Shown: piece after piece, positions 27,660 to 39,865 of the stretch
Numbering within the stretch: position 1 is the stretch's first letter
Layout: the number at the start of each line of letters is the position of its first letter
Assembly (NCBI RefSeq): GCF_018977255.1
Contig: NW_024704743.1
Coordinates: forward strand, 48,920,001-48,984,000
DNA: 64,000 nt
DNA from: Callorhinchus milii
Lineage: Eukaryota
Direction of reading: 5' to 3'
Notes under the pieces: generated by a model
The model's database searches: none
What the model saw: the letters and a program-made list of their open reading frames with translations, nothing else
Told to the model about the DNA's origin: nothing
Made by a program: the position numbers and the translations under genes

Positions 27660-28135
27660 GTGCACTTTCCATTCCAATAATCTATCTCTGGGATTTCCAT
27701 GTGTTGGTGGGATGCATGGAAATCTCAGTTTGGTTTGGATACTCTTAAGCATGGTGATGGGTGTCCGCATGTGTCAGACACCCGGTTGACCCCACCCCCC
27801 AAAAAAAAATTGCCCTGAAATTTTTCATGGTCTCAAGACCGTTGTCTTGGAATTCAAGATCATGTGGAATTTTATCTTTGAACTTATATTGCCAGCCCAA
27901 AGCATTAAATGCTCTCAAAAGAAAGCAGTCAATCTTTTTAAACAATTTTAGAGTTTTCCTTACTGCCTGCAGTAAAGAAATGTCTAATATGACTATTTTT
28001 TATGGTCAGCCGGGTGTCTGACAAATGCAGAAAACCAAAACCATGCTTACGAGTATTAGATTCAAACTAAAATTTCCATGTGTCCCACCTACACGTGGAG
28101 TTTCCAGAGATAGATTGTTGTAATGGAATGTGCAC
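27660..28135. mobile_element. MITE-like element with ~130-bp terminal inverted repeats
   Basis: 27660-27791 is the imperfect reverse complement of 28004-28135; a solo arm occurs at ~60890-61002. Confidence 0.85.
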
Positions 28136-28347
28136 TCTCTCTCTCTCGCTGGAGCGATGCATCATGTTTACGACTGGAATTTAAATTTAATCCTATATCA
28201 GAAATAGTTGAGTTTGTCCCATACAGATCTTTTATGGCTCTTGAAATATTTCTTACATGGAAGTCCTGCATAGCAGATCTGTTTAACTGGTACTCGTGTG
28301 TCAGCAGTTTACCGGGTAATTCAGGAAGGTATCCTCTGTCTTAATGA

Positions 28348-28561
28348 AAAAAAAGCCAAAATACTGCAGATGCTGGAAATCTAAAACAAAAACAGAAGTT
28401 GCTGGGAACACACAGCAGGTCAGGCAGCATCTTTATGGAGAGAAGAGAGAGCAAACGTTATCTCTGACAAAAGGTTATCGCCCTGAAACGTTAACAAATT
28501 TTCCTCTCTCAATTGATGCTGCCTGACCTATTGTGTGTTCCCAGCGACTTCTGTTTTTATT
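28348..28561. mobile_element. Palindromic Penelope-type non-autonomous element with 13-bp target-site duplication
   Basis: ~48-bp inverted arms (28384-28431 and 28515-28562); exact flanking direct repeat tctgtcttaatga (28335-28347 and 28562-28574); central ctgacaa..agg/cct..gaaacgttaac. Confidence 0.8.
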
Positions 28562-29949
28562 TCTGTCTTAATGATCCTGAAGTGTTGTCTGATCCTGGCC
28601 AGAATTCATTCCTCTGTTGTATGAAGGTTTACCTTCACACAAATGAACTGAGAAAATACACTGTATTATTTATACCATTTCCGAACGCTTAATGAGAACT
28701 GCAATCAGTGAAATTACAAACTATAGATTAGCAGTATTTTGTGAATATCATATAATATTAATATACAGATTTAAATGTTTAATATCAGCATTCAGCAAAA
28801 TCTCAGATCTGGGGCATCTTGGTAATAAATGCTCCCAATGTTCAATTACTGTTTTTAGAAATTTGAAAATGTACAGATTATTCTCTATTCAAAAATTATA
28901 TCTTGTGAGTACAGAGTGCAATCTTTTTGTATCACAGTTACTGTGAAAACATATCATTGAATTTGAAAGAAAACATCCCTGCATTACTTCTGCGTGATAT
29001 CATCATTATGAAAATGAAACATGGCTGTTGTCTCTGATCAGACATAAAGTACTCATTTACAAAGGTGTCATGTTACAATGGAGGCCACCAACTCAGCAAA
29101 ACAACTTTCATTATTCTTGCTTTGATTCGATCCATCTTGTCTTTGTTAAGATCAGAGAAAAACACTAAAAGCTGGAGGGGTATCTGCAATCCCACCAAAA
29201 ACAAAAAAAATGAAAACAACTAACGTAAACACGCCACAGGAAAACATCTTCCTAACTCTGATGATTTTATCACAGAATTTGAAATGTCGCCCTAATTTAT
29301 TATCTGCTTGCAATATTTCCTTAAAAAGCCTTTTTTTAAAAAAACTAGAGCTTCTGGTCGAGCACGCCTGCCTCCCTTGTCTGTACAGCACACATGGAGG
29401 CTCCTGAGCAGTTTTGCTTGGTTTCTGAAAGGTAGAAATTTGGGTGCTTTGTTTTAAACTTGCTGGTCCCCAATCTTCAGCTTGTTCCTTGATTGATTCT
29501 GGTTTAACACTAGTTTCCCAGCTTGCCCTCCCTCAAGGCACTCTGGCAGCTTGCTCTCCTCCACTGCATGGTGCTGTTCTGCTCTGCTGCCCTGCTCCTC
29601 TTCACTTGTTCCTCTCTGTTGGTTGCCTCTCCTCCATTCCCCTGGGCTCTTTAGCATGCACTTTGGTTCCTGGAATCTTGAAAAAAACACCAATTATCCA
29701 GCTTGTTACAAAGGCACTTAAATACAAGATAATCAGTACACTTCTATGTTTCTATTACTTACCTGATAAAATGCATAACATTGAAAGCACAAGTTAGAAC
29801 ATAACCATGCAAGGTAGACAAATATGAACGGCTGAATGAATATTGTTGTGAATAATCAAAGAGCAATGCAATATAATTCAACTTTAATAAAACAAAATCA
29901 CAATTTTTTTAAAAAAGTATCTCTCCTAGCATAGTGGTTTTATACTGTA

Positions 29950-30015
29950 CATATATATTATATTAAAATTATATATTATATATATTATATTAATATTATA
30001 TTAATTATATTAAAA
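29950..30015. repeat. Pure AT low-complexity tract
   Basis: atatatattatattaaaattatatattata... Confidence 0.85.
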
Positions 30016-30147
30016 ATAACTAATGTCAAACATATGATGGAAACGCTGGAGAATAAATCTAGGTTTTGAATCACCTGTTTGGTTTGAGATTATTTTTAAA
30101 ATTATAAAAAACTTTATAAGAACTCAAGACTCTCGGGTTCAAATCAT

Positions 30148-30360
30148 CTATAATAATAATAATCCTTGCATTTAATAGAGTGCCTTATCACGTCTTTGAG
30201 ATATTTCGAAGCGCTTCACAGAATATACTGTAAAGTGAATTGACTATATAATTTGTGGGTGAAAAGAGGTAGCCAATTGCGCAGAGCATTGTCCCACAAA
30301 CGGTCGTGGATTGAGTGACCAAATTATTATTTTTAAAAAAAAATTATTTGGAGGATAATT
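30148..30360 (-). mobile_element. Headless SINE (tail plus body)
   Basis: (taa)n ccttgcattt ... gccaattgcgcagagcattgtcccacaaacggtcgtggattga. Confidence 0.85.
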
Positions 30361-31269
30361 AATACAATTAGTATTGAACATGCAAAAAGGCATGGTTACT
30401 GCCAATTAAGGCCATGCCTGCAATCTTGCTCTTGATGTTTTATTACAACATGTTTTATGGACTCATGATTGTGTACAATCTGGGGTTGACAAAAGATGAA
30501 AAGTGAGGAGAAACTAGGAAAAATGGTTCACAGACAATGCCAAAGTGTGCAAATTTGTATAATCTCTTCTCCTGCATAATGAATCTGACCCCACTTGGGA
30601 GGAAGATTGGACAGAAGCCCCAATTTGCACTGAAGCCACATTTGAATTGGGAAGACTTAACAGTTTCTGCAATCGCCAGCCGGATGGACCATTAAAGCAA
30701 TCTCTTCTATCGGACAGCAGTGTATTAACAAAACCACCAACAAGAGAGTCCACTGTAGGTAGAGTAAATATTACCCCACCAGCTGCAGTGCTCTAAAACA
30801 CTATTATACAGTAAAACAGTCTTCATACTCTCCAATATCCCCCTAAAAAAGTCAAGCAGCTTATTAAAAGATCGTTAATTCATGAACGCTCTCTCTCTTG
30901 CTTATAAAGTGCCTAACTCTGGTAGTAGTCTATTCTGGTTGAGAACACATGGGATTTCATAACCTCCCTTTGTAACCAAAGATCTGAGCACTGGTTATCG
31001 ATCACCATCAGAGATACATGTCTAACATTTCAATTGCATTTTCAAAGCTGGATGAAATATAATTGCAATTCTGGATCCTTGACGCATAGTTTTATAAAAA
31101 TATTTGAGCCCTGCCACCTCAGGCTGCAATTTATGGGAATTTTGAAGATAAGACGATGCTTTGCATAGCAAGCAAGGGGAAGGATCCCTCAGCTCCATTA
31201 CTGAAGATGGTAAAGACATTAGGAGCCCCTAATGATGGCTGTTCACGTGTTTTGGAAAATGAATACCAT

Positions 31270-31960
31270 GCCTATTCCTTGACAGTTCATTAAACATGCG
31301 ACTGTGGATGTGCGGCGGGCCTCATCTTCCCGCTGGCATTTTGACATATTTATAGTGTTTGCTGATGGCTGGCTGTTTGCTGCAGTTCACCATGTCCTGC
31401 CAACAGCTTATCTGTCTAGTGGAGGTGACAGTCCGTCCACGTCTCTCTAGGCAGCGTTGGGCTTGCGTTTGACCCTTACTGCTGAGATGTAATGTGATTA
31501 GAAGCAGCTCCTGTGTCCACAAGATAAAAGTAATCCCACACTGCGGATGATGGCTCTGAGGGAGCACAAGGGAGGCTGTCAGTGCTCCTCAGGCTGACAG
31601 CCCCCGCAGAGCTGCCCTTGTGCTACGGAAGTGCCAGCAATTCTTCAATTTGGCATCTGGTGCTCTGTAATTGTCAAGTGACATTGTCCTACTTGTAAGA
31701 GACTTTAAAACCTTATTTTTCTGTCTTTGATTAAACACCTCCGTTAGGTAGAATGTTCCTGGAAAGGATGATAACAGTGAGCAGTGCACGTTTCAGAGGT
31801 TGTGCCATTTTTCTTAATGTTTGTTTTAATCACACTCAAGTCATCAGCTAGTGGAGCTCCCGTTATCAGCCAGAGCTCACATTTAATGCGGAGCAATCTG
31901 TTCCTGCGAGTCTACAGCTGCTGTGTTAAACATTGATAGAAAAAATACAGCTCTACACAA
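31270..31960. promoter_or_regulatory. Candidate conserved non-coding element / enhancer
   Basis: Repeat-free block with locally higher GC and retained CpGs; homeodomain/TALE-like words (taattgtcaagtgaca, tgattag, ttgacat). Conservation not tested. Confidence 0.35.
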
Positions 31961-33194
31961 CCCCCAAACCCCACACACTTTGTGTATATTAACAATAAGA
32001 ATCCTTGCATTTGATATAACACCTTATCACGTCGTTGAGCCATCTCAAAGCACTTCACAGAATATAATGTAAAGTGTGTTTATTGACCTTGTGTTTTATG
32101 GGTGAAAAATATTCCACAGTATTGTTTTCCTGCTCATACACAAATTGAGTCTCTTAAAATAGACTTCACACAACACAGAGGCAAATGTATCATTCACTGA
32201 AAAGGAAAATTCATGTAAACATGTGTTAGTTTTAGCAATATTCATTTTCAAGGGAGTTTCAGTAAGGAAAGATTATGTGGCTTTAAAGCACTATACAAAC
32301 AGACACTGGGTTTCAAATCCGCAGCGAAACTGGACAGTGTTTGGAAGATGTATTTGGATCATTCCACTTCTGTGATCAGTATACTTGTCATCTTCAATCA
32401 AATCATGCGGAATTAAGCAGAAGTGTCACATAAGGCAGACACCTCCTCTCTAAATAAACAAGGCCCATGTAGCATCTGTAAGAAAGGTACAAGCACCAGC
32501 TGTCCCTGAAAGGAGGGGGGGTTGGGCGGGGAGTTGTTTATTGTTGTGAGGATAGGACACTGATTCTACTGAGTGACTTGATTAATTGCTGGGCTTTGGC
32601 CTGTCACTGAGTTTTGTCTTCGTCAAGAAAAATGAAGCTCAAACACCTTGTAGAGAGTGTCCTATTGATGCAAACTGCTCTCGTTTGCCATTGTCTGTCA
32701 GGGCTGATGGATAGTGTGGCAGATTGATTGGCCAATCCCAACAGCCATTCATCAGAAGCCTCTACAGGGACCACAATTCAGAAGATATTTTATTCTATTA
32801 AAATGATCAGATATTGACCCGCTCCAGGAGAAAAAAACTCTAAAAGAGCAATTTGTGTCATACTGCAATCAAAAAGCAGGTGTCTAAATGGGAATAGGAC
32901 AAGCCGAACATTACCTTTGTTCAACTTTTCCAACACTTCCAGTTGTAATAGGAACTACCAAGAACATACATTGATTTCCATTACCATTTGAAGGTCGTAG
33001 ATAATATGTGTGCATCTCTCTTGGTGATATAAAGAGAGCTAATGGTCAGACTGTATAATCTCCACATTCGCTGTCCCTGGGCTGAAATGACTGCTAGATC
33101 TAATTAAAATGAACCACCTAAATAATGCAAAGGAACATCATTTGATATCAGTTTGGAGAAAGCATCCTCCTATTACATACAATTTGAGATCAGT

Positions 33195-33452
33195 TGTGCA
33201 GCACTGCATTGTTGGAGCTACCGTCCCTTGGATGAGACGTTAAACCCGAGGTCCTGTCTGCCTGTTCAAGTGGACATTAAAGATTGGTCACATGGCTGTT
33301 AGTGGAACATTGTTGTGTGAAAAGTGGCTGCAGTGTTCGCCTATAAATATAGAGTCATTATATTTTACAGTAAATCCCGTAAAGTGCTTTGAAAGGTCTG
33401 ACCTCACAATGTGAAGGGCACTATATTAAATACAATAATTATTATTATTAAT
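33195..33452 (+). mobile_element. Old Deu-SINE
   Basis: gatgagacgttaaacccgaggtcctgtctgcctgttcaagtggacattaaaga...gttcgcctataaa...tail. Confidence 0.8.
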
Positions 33453-33773
33453 AATATGATTGTAACACTTAGACAGGGCCATGATGCTACTGCTACAAAT
33501 CAAAAATCACATCCTGTAACATAGTTGTGATTTCCAGGAGAACCACATTGACAACAAAGGTCACTTATATGTAGATCCATTGGATTACTACCTGCAGCCT
33601 GATCTGAAGGTCTAACTCCCACAGCATTACCCAGTTTTATGAAAGAATCATTAATGGATACATACTGTCCAAAACAAATATTAGATAATGTTGACTAATA
33701 TAATCTGACAATGGACTCACTGTTTGTCAGATGTTTTGTGTATTGGTAGAATTAAAGTCGAGCTCTCTGCTTT

Positions 33774-34097
33774 GTGGAGTCCTGAAGCTCAGTGGTTAGA
33801 GCACTCGCTTTGCAAGCGAGAGACCTGAGTTCAGTTCCAGGCAGGGCGAAACCTTGGGCAAGTTTCCTTACTCCACACGCCTTATAATAATCCCTCCAAA
33901 AAAACAAAAACAATAATAAATTGGTCATTTTCAATCTACGACTGTCTGTGAGACATTGCTGTGTGCAATTGGCTGCCGCGTTAGTCCACAAATATACAGT
34001 CAATTCACTTTACAGTATATTCTGTGAAACGCTTTGGGACGTCTAGAAGACATGAAAAGCGCTATATCAAAATGCAAGGATTATTATTATTATTATT
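33774..34097 (+). mobile_element. tRNA-Ala-derived SINE, short form, full length
   Basis: gtggagtcctgaagctcagtggttagagcactcgctttgcaagcgagagacctgagttcagttcc ... aaatgcaagg(att)n. Confidence 0.93.
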
Positions 34098-35369
34098 TTG
34101 CTGTAGGATAGCTCTTTTGTTCTAGTAAGATACCCTGTACTTCATCAGAGCAAGGAGAGAAAATGCCATGATGGTAAAGTGTAAGAGGACCCGAAGGATT
34201 CCTGCAGTAGGGATGCTGTTGTCTCAGTGATGCTGAGTGCTGCAACAAAAGTAATGGGAAAGCTTGTCGGTCATGGAATGGGTTAAAACATTAGTTCAAA
34301 CATGGGCTTAATTTTATTCTTTGTGACGTGATAAGGCGTTATATCAAATGCAAGGATTATTATTATTATTTAATAGTATTAAATTGTACTCTAATGGTAC
34401 AGACAGAGGCAGTTCAACCTTGCATTTGGCTATAACTCTGTAATAAATGAGCAAACTCAGGGCTTCAAGTGAACATTGGTTCCCACTCTGTCTTTGTGAA
34501 GTGATTTGAGATGTTCTCCCTACTTGAAAAGAACTCAAGTGAAAAATTGTTGTTGTTGTTGTTAGACCAATAGCAATACATTTACTAATGGGCAACAGCA
34601 GTGCGTCTATTTTATTCAGATTGGTAAAAAATTGCAATATTTTTGCTATGTTGTTAAAATTGGATTTGCTTTCAGTGATCAGTGTAAGATAAACAGCAAT
34701 AAACCCCAATAAGAATGTAACTTGACAAGGGGATCAGTAAATAGTTATATATCCATATCCACTACACTTTTGTACACACAACGAACATCCTCTGTATTTT
34801 TTACATACTACTATTTGAAAGAAAGTAAGTACACTTATAGTTTTGGGAATGTTATTAGACCAAACATGCTGTGGTGGATCTTTGATTTTATTTCAGCTTC
34901 CGATAGTGTGTGATGTAAGTGATCCTGGTGAGCATACAACCTCACTTGCAGAAGTGATAGCAATATTCTGGGGTATGCAAACGTCAAAAAATGTATCTTA
35001 GTGCACCTAAAGTACATACAAAATAATCTAATGAGGAAAAGCCCACTGTATCCACAGACCATGCAAAATCTGTCATATTGGAGACTGTACTATACAAACC
35101 ATGTTTTGAAAGAATATTCTGCATATATGCTTCCTGATTCTCAAAAATAATCTGGCAATAAACAACAACAAATTCCATTTACGTAGTGCCCTTCATGTAG
35201 GGAGGTTGATCTTGTCCTCGATAACTTTTATACATACAAAAAATAACCTTTACAAAAGAAGGGTTGTGAGAATATGGAATGCTTTGTCATTTCTCTTCTT
35301 GTTGCCAGGAGTCTGTAGATTCAGTTTCTTGAAGCATTTAAGAGAAAGTTGTTCAGTAAGAATATAATA

Positions 35370-35690
35370 GTAAGAATAAGAATAATCCTTACAGCCCCTT
35401 AACATGGTGTTGAAATGTCTCAAAGCACATGATGACACTTACACTAAAGTGTAGTGACTGCATATTTTTAGGCCAACACGGCAGCCAATTTGCACACAGC
35501 AATGTCCCACACATAGCCATGGAGTGAGTGACCAATTTTATTTGGGGGATTGGCCAGGACACCAGGAAAAACTCGTTTCTATTTTCATATCATGTCATGG
35601 GAACTTTAATGTCCACCTGTACAGGCAGACAGGTCCTTGGTTTATTGTTTCATCCAAAGGACAGCACCCCGATAATGCAGCAATGCATTG
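35370..35690 (-). mobile_element. Old Deu-SINE
   Basis: ggcagccaatttgcacacagcaatgtcccac...ttggccaggacaccagg...tgtccacctgtacaggcagac. Confidence 0.85.
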
Positions 35691-36869
35691 ATACAATCTT
35701 GAAGAAGCAGTAAAACCTTGATTTCCATCACATAAACTGGCAAACCAGAGTATGGCTCTCGGTATACCATTTCACAGTGTTTGATGAATAAAAGTACAGA
35801 ATGTAGAAATATTATTTCAGGCCAGTACAATAACATTATTAATATATTCAACACTAGTACCTACATTTGAAAGGCATTATAATGGAATCACATTTACGAT
35901 AGGGTTATACTATACTATATTACTATCAGTGATGCAGTGAAGGCTTAGATTTCATCATTAGCTGTGACAGGGAAGATCAAACAGTTTTATGATAGCACTC
36001 AAAGAACATATATTGTGAAATACACGCCTACTTATTTTGCCCTTTATGAGACTGGATTAATGAGAGGTACTGGATTAATGAGGTTTGGTAGCTGAGTCCC
36101 ACAATCTGTATACCTTCTTGCAAGTCCACTATAAATAATATCCCACAATATATACAGTCAATTCACTTTATAGTATATTCTGTGAAGCGTTTTGAGACGT
36201 CTCGAAGACGTGATAAGACGTTATATCAAATGCAAGGATTATTATTTTATTATTATCCTCCCTAAGCCCCAGATTTAAAGGGAGAATGAACTAACTGATG
36301 AACAGGAATCCTAAAGACCCACAGAAACTTTACACTCCCCATTCCCAATATATAACAAGCCCTGTGATGCATCATTCATGATTGGCTTCAGACCCCCTGC
36401 CAAGGAATCAAATGACCAATTCCTGTCAATAAGTAATCTTTTCCCAAACATCCCAATCTGAGTAAGACCCTCACCCTGTATGAATCCGCAAGCACTATAT
36501 AACCTCTAATTCACCGGGACCCAAAAGGAATACAAATTATTGTATAAATAAAAGGACAAACCGGACAGACATGTTTACAGGGGGAAAAATGTTCAACAAA
36601 GAAAAAAGAAGCACTACATAACTTTTTGCTTCAAAGTTCCAGTACACTGAAAAATAAATCTTAAAACAATGCAACCTCTTTTTTTTTNCCCCCTGAAACA
36701 GAGCATAGGTAACAGCGAATTCTCAACTCTTATTTCTCTCATGAAGAAAACCATTTGAATTCACTTTGATTTTTTAACTCATAAGTTCTGAGGTCTTCAA
36801 TACACTCATTCTCTCCATAGTGTAACAATGCTCCTGCACAGATCTCCTGGATATATTCCTTTTTAGTGA

Positions 36870-37075
36870 GAAGGTGACAGGCATGTGGAGCAGACTACCA
36901 GCACAGGCGGTGGAACAAGAAATTACAAAGGGTTTCAAAAGTGAAGCAGACAAGTTCCAGTCAATGAAATGGATTCAGCGTTGTTAGATTTAGAGAGGGA
37001 TAGTGAAGAAATCATGCGGGAAATTGGATGGGTCGGCTAGATGGACCAACAGCCTACTCCTGCCTGAAATTCTTA
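36870..37075 (+). mobile_element. Degenerate CR1 3' end
   Basis: gtggagcagactacca...gcggtggaa...ttcaaaagtgaagcagacaagttc...tagatggaccaacagcctactcctg. Confidence 0.6.
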
Positions 37076-38429
37076 GCATGAAAGATAATGGAAAATCAAC
37101 TCTATTCTTCTTGTGTGAAAGGGAAAGAGTATTTTATTGAAATGAATACACTATCTGCCGCAGGTTATAGCACTGCTATACAACTATATATCCAATCTTT
37201 GGAAGATAGAATCTTCTTTGCCAGTTAAGTTTACATTTTAATATTATGTATGAACAAAATGTTGTTTGTTGCAGAGGTGGAATATGACAAGCCCACAATA
37301 TAATTCAACATTGCTAATTATTCTTAATAATGAGAGCTATTATTTAATTCACTGAAAACTAAGGCTGCAGAAATTCTGTTCACTGCCCACGAAGTTTGCA
37401 TGATATGCCAGATGGACAATAAATAACTCCTGTGCACATTTCATTTCACATTTCCATTCGAGAGTCTAGTTATTGTCATCCAACCTGGTAGCAGCCGCCA
37501 TCTGGAAGTTCTGTATAATCTCACTCGGAGTAAATTGAAACATAGAGTTCATTTACTCAGTCACAGAAAGCCCTCAGCTTGACATTTTAAATGTACCAGG
37601 GTGAACAACTATTTCAAAATGCTACATCCAGTAATGTTGGCTGTCAGTCAGTGACTGAAAAAAGGCATTTTCTAGTCTGATGCAATTATTACTGGTAACA
37701 AACATAGCCTTGAAAATAGTGTGCAAATGTTTCAGCAATAATTACATTTAGAATGAGTACACAGGCAGTTAATGTAAACAGGGCGATCCAGTTGTAAAGA
37801 GTACAGTTTTAGCATTGTCCCTCTTGTGCCTCTGTGTTTAATCCTGACCTTTGACCCAGCATAGCAGCTGCAAACATTATGCTGTAATGGATTACACATA
37901 CTTTCACTAGGTCTCATTTCCTTTGATAATAATAAGAAGGATTTATCCAACAACTGGCTGACATATGCTGCATTACCTGGGGCTCTTCAGAGCTTTACTT
38001 TCTCTGGATAATCAAACGCCTTTGCACACGTTAGGATGTTATGCATATAACGTTTTTTTTACATAAGCTTCAGCTTTCTATTCATGTTAGTTAATTTATA
38101 CAACATAACACAGCTCTATGTTTCATGCATATGCACATCTTCATTTTTATTTCTTCCACTGTTACTCTATTTTTAAAGCTTGTCTGTTGAATAGATCAAT
38201 AAACATTCAGTAGATGGCCGGTATCCTAACACTAAACTTTGATAGTCTTACTCCAAGGGGTCGAAGGGAAAGATAGTGTGGGAAATGAAGGTCATGCTGG
38301 CATAGAGAGAGTGTGTATGTGTGTAGGGTGGAGGGCGGGGGGCGATGGGGCAGGGAACTCTGCTAAGATTGGGGTTACGTCACATCAGTGGGACAGAATC
38401 AAAACCTATGGGCTAACTCATTGTGCTAT

Positions 38430-38885
38430 ATCTGATCTAAGTCCACTCTGGTGTCACTGGTTCCCCAGCCCCCAGTAAATCGAATTCAAGATCCTTGTCC
38501 TCACATTCAAATCCCTTCACGGTCTCACCCCACCTTAGCTCTGTAATCTCCTGGAATCCTACCAACACAGCCGCTCCCTCCTCTCAGTAAACACAGGTCT
38601 GTTTCATTTCCTCTCTCCTGTCTACCACACCATCGGCGGGAAAGCTTTCAGCCATTATGCCCCTGTTCTCTGGAGCTCCATCCTGCAGACCCACCGACTT
38701 GCCCGCTTTCTACCCTACTTTTAATGTCTACCTTCAGATTTCCCCCTTTGATCGTGCTTTTGATCATCTCCCCACCCACACTTTGATCAGCCCCTTCCCC
38801 ATCTGTCTGGTTTGGGTGTTCAACCAGCTGTGTAAAGCTGCCAACATAAAAAGCACTACTGTATATAAATGTAAATTGTATTGTA
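38430..38885 (+). mobile_element. L2 LINE 3' fragment
   Basis: FKILVLTFKSLHGLTPP*LCNLL...TIGGKAFSHYAPVLWSSI. Confidence 0.88.
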
Positions 38886-39639
38886 TTGGGCATCCAAACG
38901 AGAATGTGTTCCTTTTTTTAACACAAACGCCCTGACCTTGCTAAGCACAAAAATCACAAAATCTTTTTCTTTAAAAAACTAAAATGGACTTGTTGAAATC
39001 ACCCAGTGACATCAGGCATACATTTCCAAGGTGTGTGTGATAGCTATCCAGGCCTGACTCACTAGTAGCCGATTTCCCTCTAAAGTACCAATGGGTTGAA
39101 ATTTCAGTTGGAGTTGGAGTACACGGGATCTTTAGCCATGTCAGCTGCAGTGGGATTTCCCCTGTTATAATCACGTAAAGCTAAACATGTTAGGAATAAC
39201 GCAGACTAGAATTTCAGGCCACGAGTGCTGTCCTGTACCTCTATGATACCATGTGATATTGGGGGTTAAATTTCTGTTCCATGTGACCTTGGTCACATGA
39301 AGCGGTTGAATAAGAACCTGCCCCCTCTCAATGGTGAAATCTGAGAAGCCAGGTCATGGCCTTTGACTATCAACTACTGGGCCACCTTTAGTAAATTTAG
39401 TAAACAACATTGTGGAAGCCAGTGTGACGCTCATCAGCAGTTGAAAGCCATGATGTGGAGCTGAAAGTCCAGAGCCATAGACCTGACATCTGGGGTTTAG
39501 CTATTGAGAAGAGATTCCGGGGAGGGGGGAATCCATATCTAGACCATTTCAAGTGATAAATACCACATTGACTGCAAATCTGAGCGCAATGGTTGATTTT
39601 GTTGCTTAGTTAGCTCATTTATTTAACTAATCTATTCAA

Positions 39640-39865
39640 AACACTATTCAAAAAGAGTAGGGAATTTCTGCTGGTGACCTGGCCAACATTCCCAAGATAA
39701 AATTGATCATTCTCTTCACAGCTGTTTGTGGGACATAGCTATGCACAAATTGGCGGCTGTGTTTGCCCACAAAATACACCATCACTATACTCTACAGAAA
39801 ATTCTGTGAAGCGCTTTGAGACATTTCGGTGATGCTATATCAATGTAAAAATTTACTATTATTAA
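39640..39865 (+). mobile_element. Old Deu-SINE 3' half
   Basis: cctggccaacattcc...gctgtttgtgggaca...gtgaagcgctttgagaca. Confidence 0.8.

Noticed and set aside
31574..31640. HDV/CPEB3-like ribozyme (ggctgtc...tcctc...gacagcc)
   Set aside because: No room for the P2 5' strand, no GG for P1.1 after P1' and no J4/2 motif.
31322..31789. Selenoprotein, readthrough or frameshift ORF across the UGA at 31589; BED-finger-like SAVWDYF or protease-like VDTGAA in another frame
   Set aside because: No recognisable protein, no slippery heptamer, no SECIS seen; the SAVWDYF frame stops before any CxxC.
33774..33850. tRNA-Ala(TGC) gene (also at 4615, 5049, 20692, 25799, 41850, 62516)
   Set aside because: No proper acceptor stem or Pol III terminator, and each continues into the SINE body and tail, so these are SINE heads.
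18278..36688. Single N bases at 18278 and 36688
   Set aside because: Assembly ambiguities next to poly-T runs; not biological.
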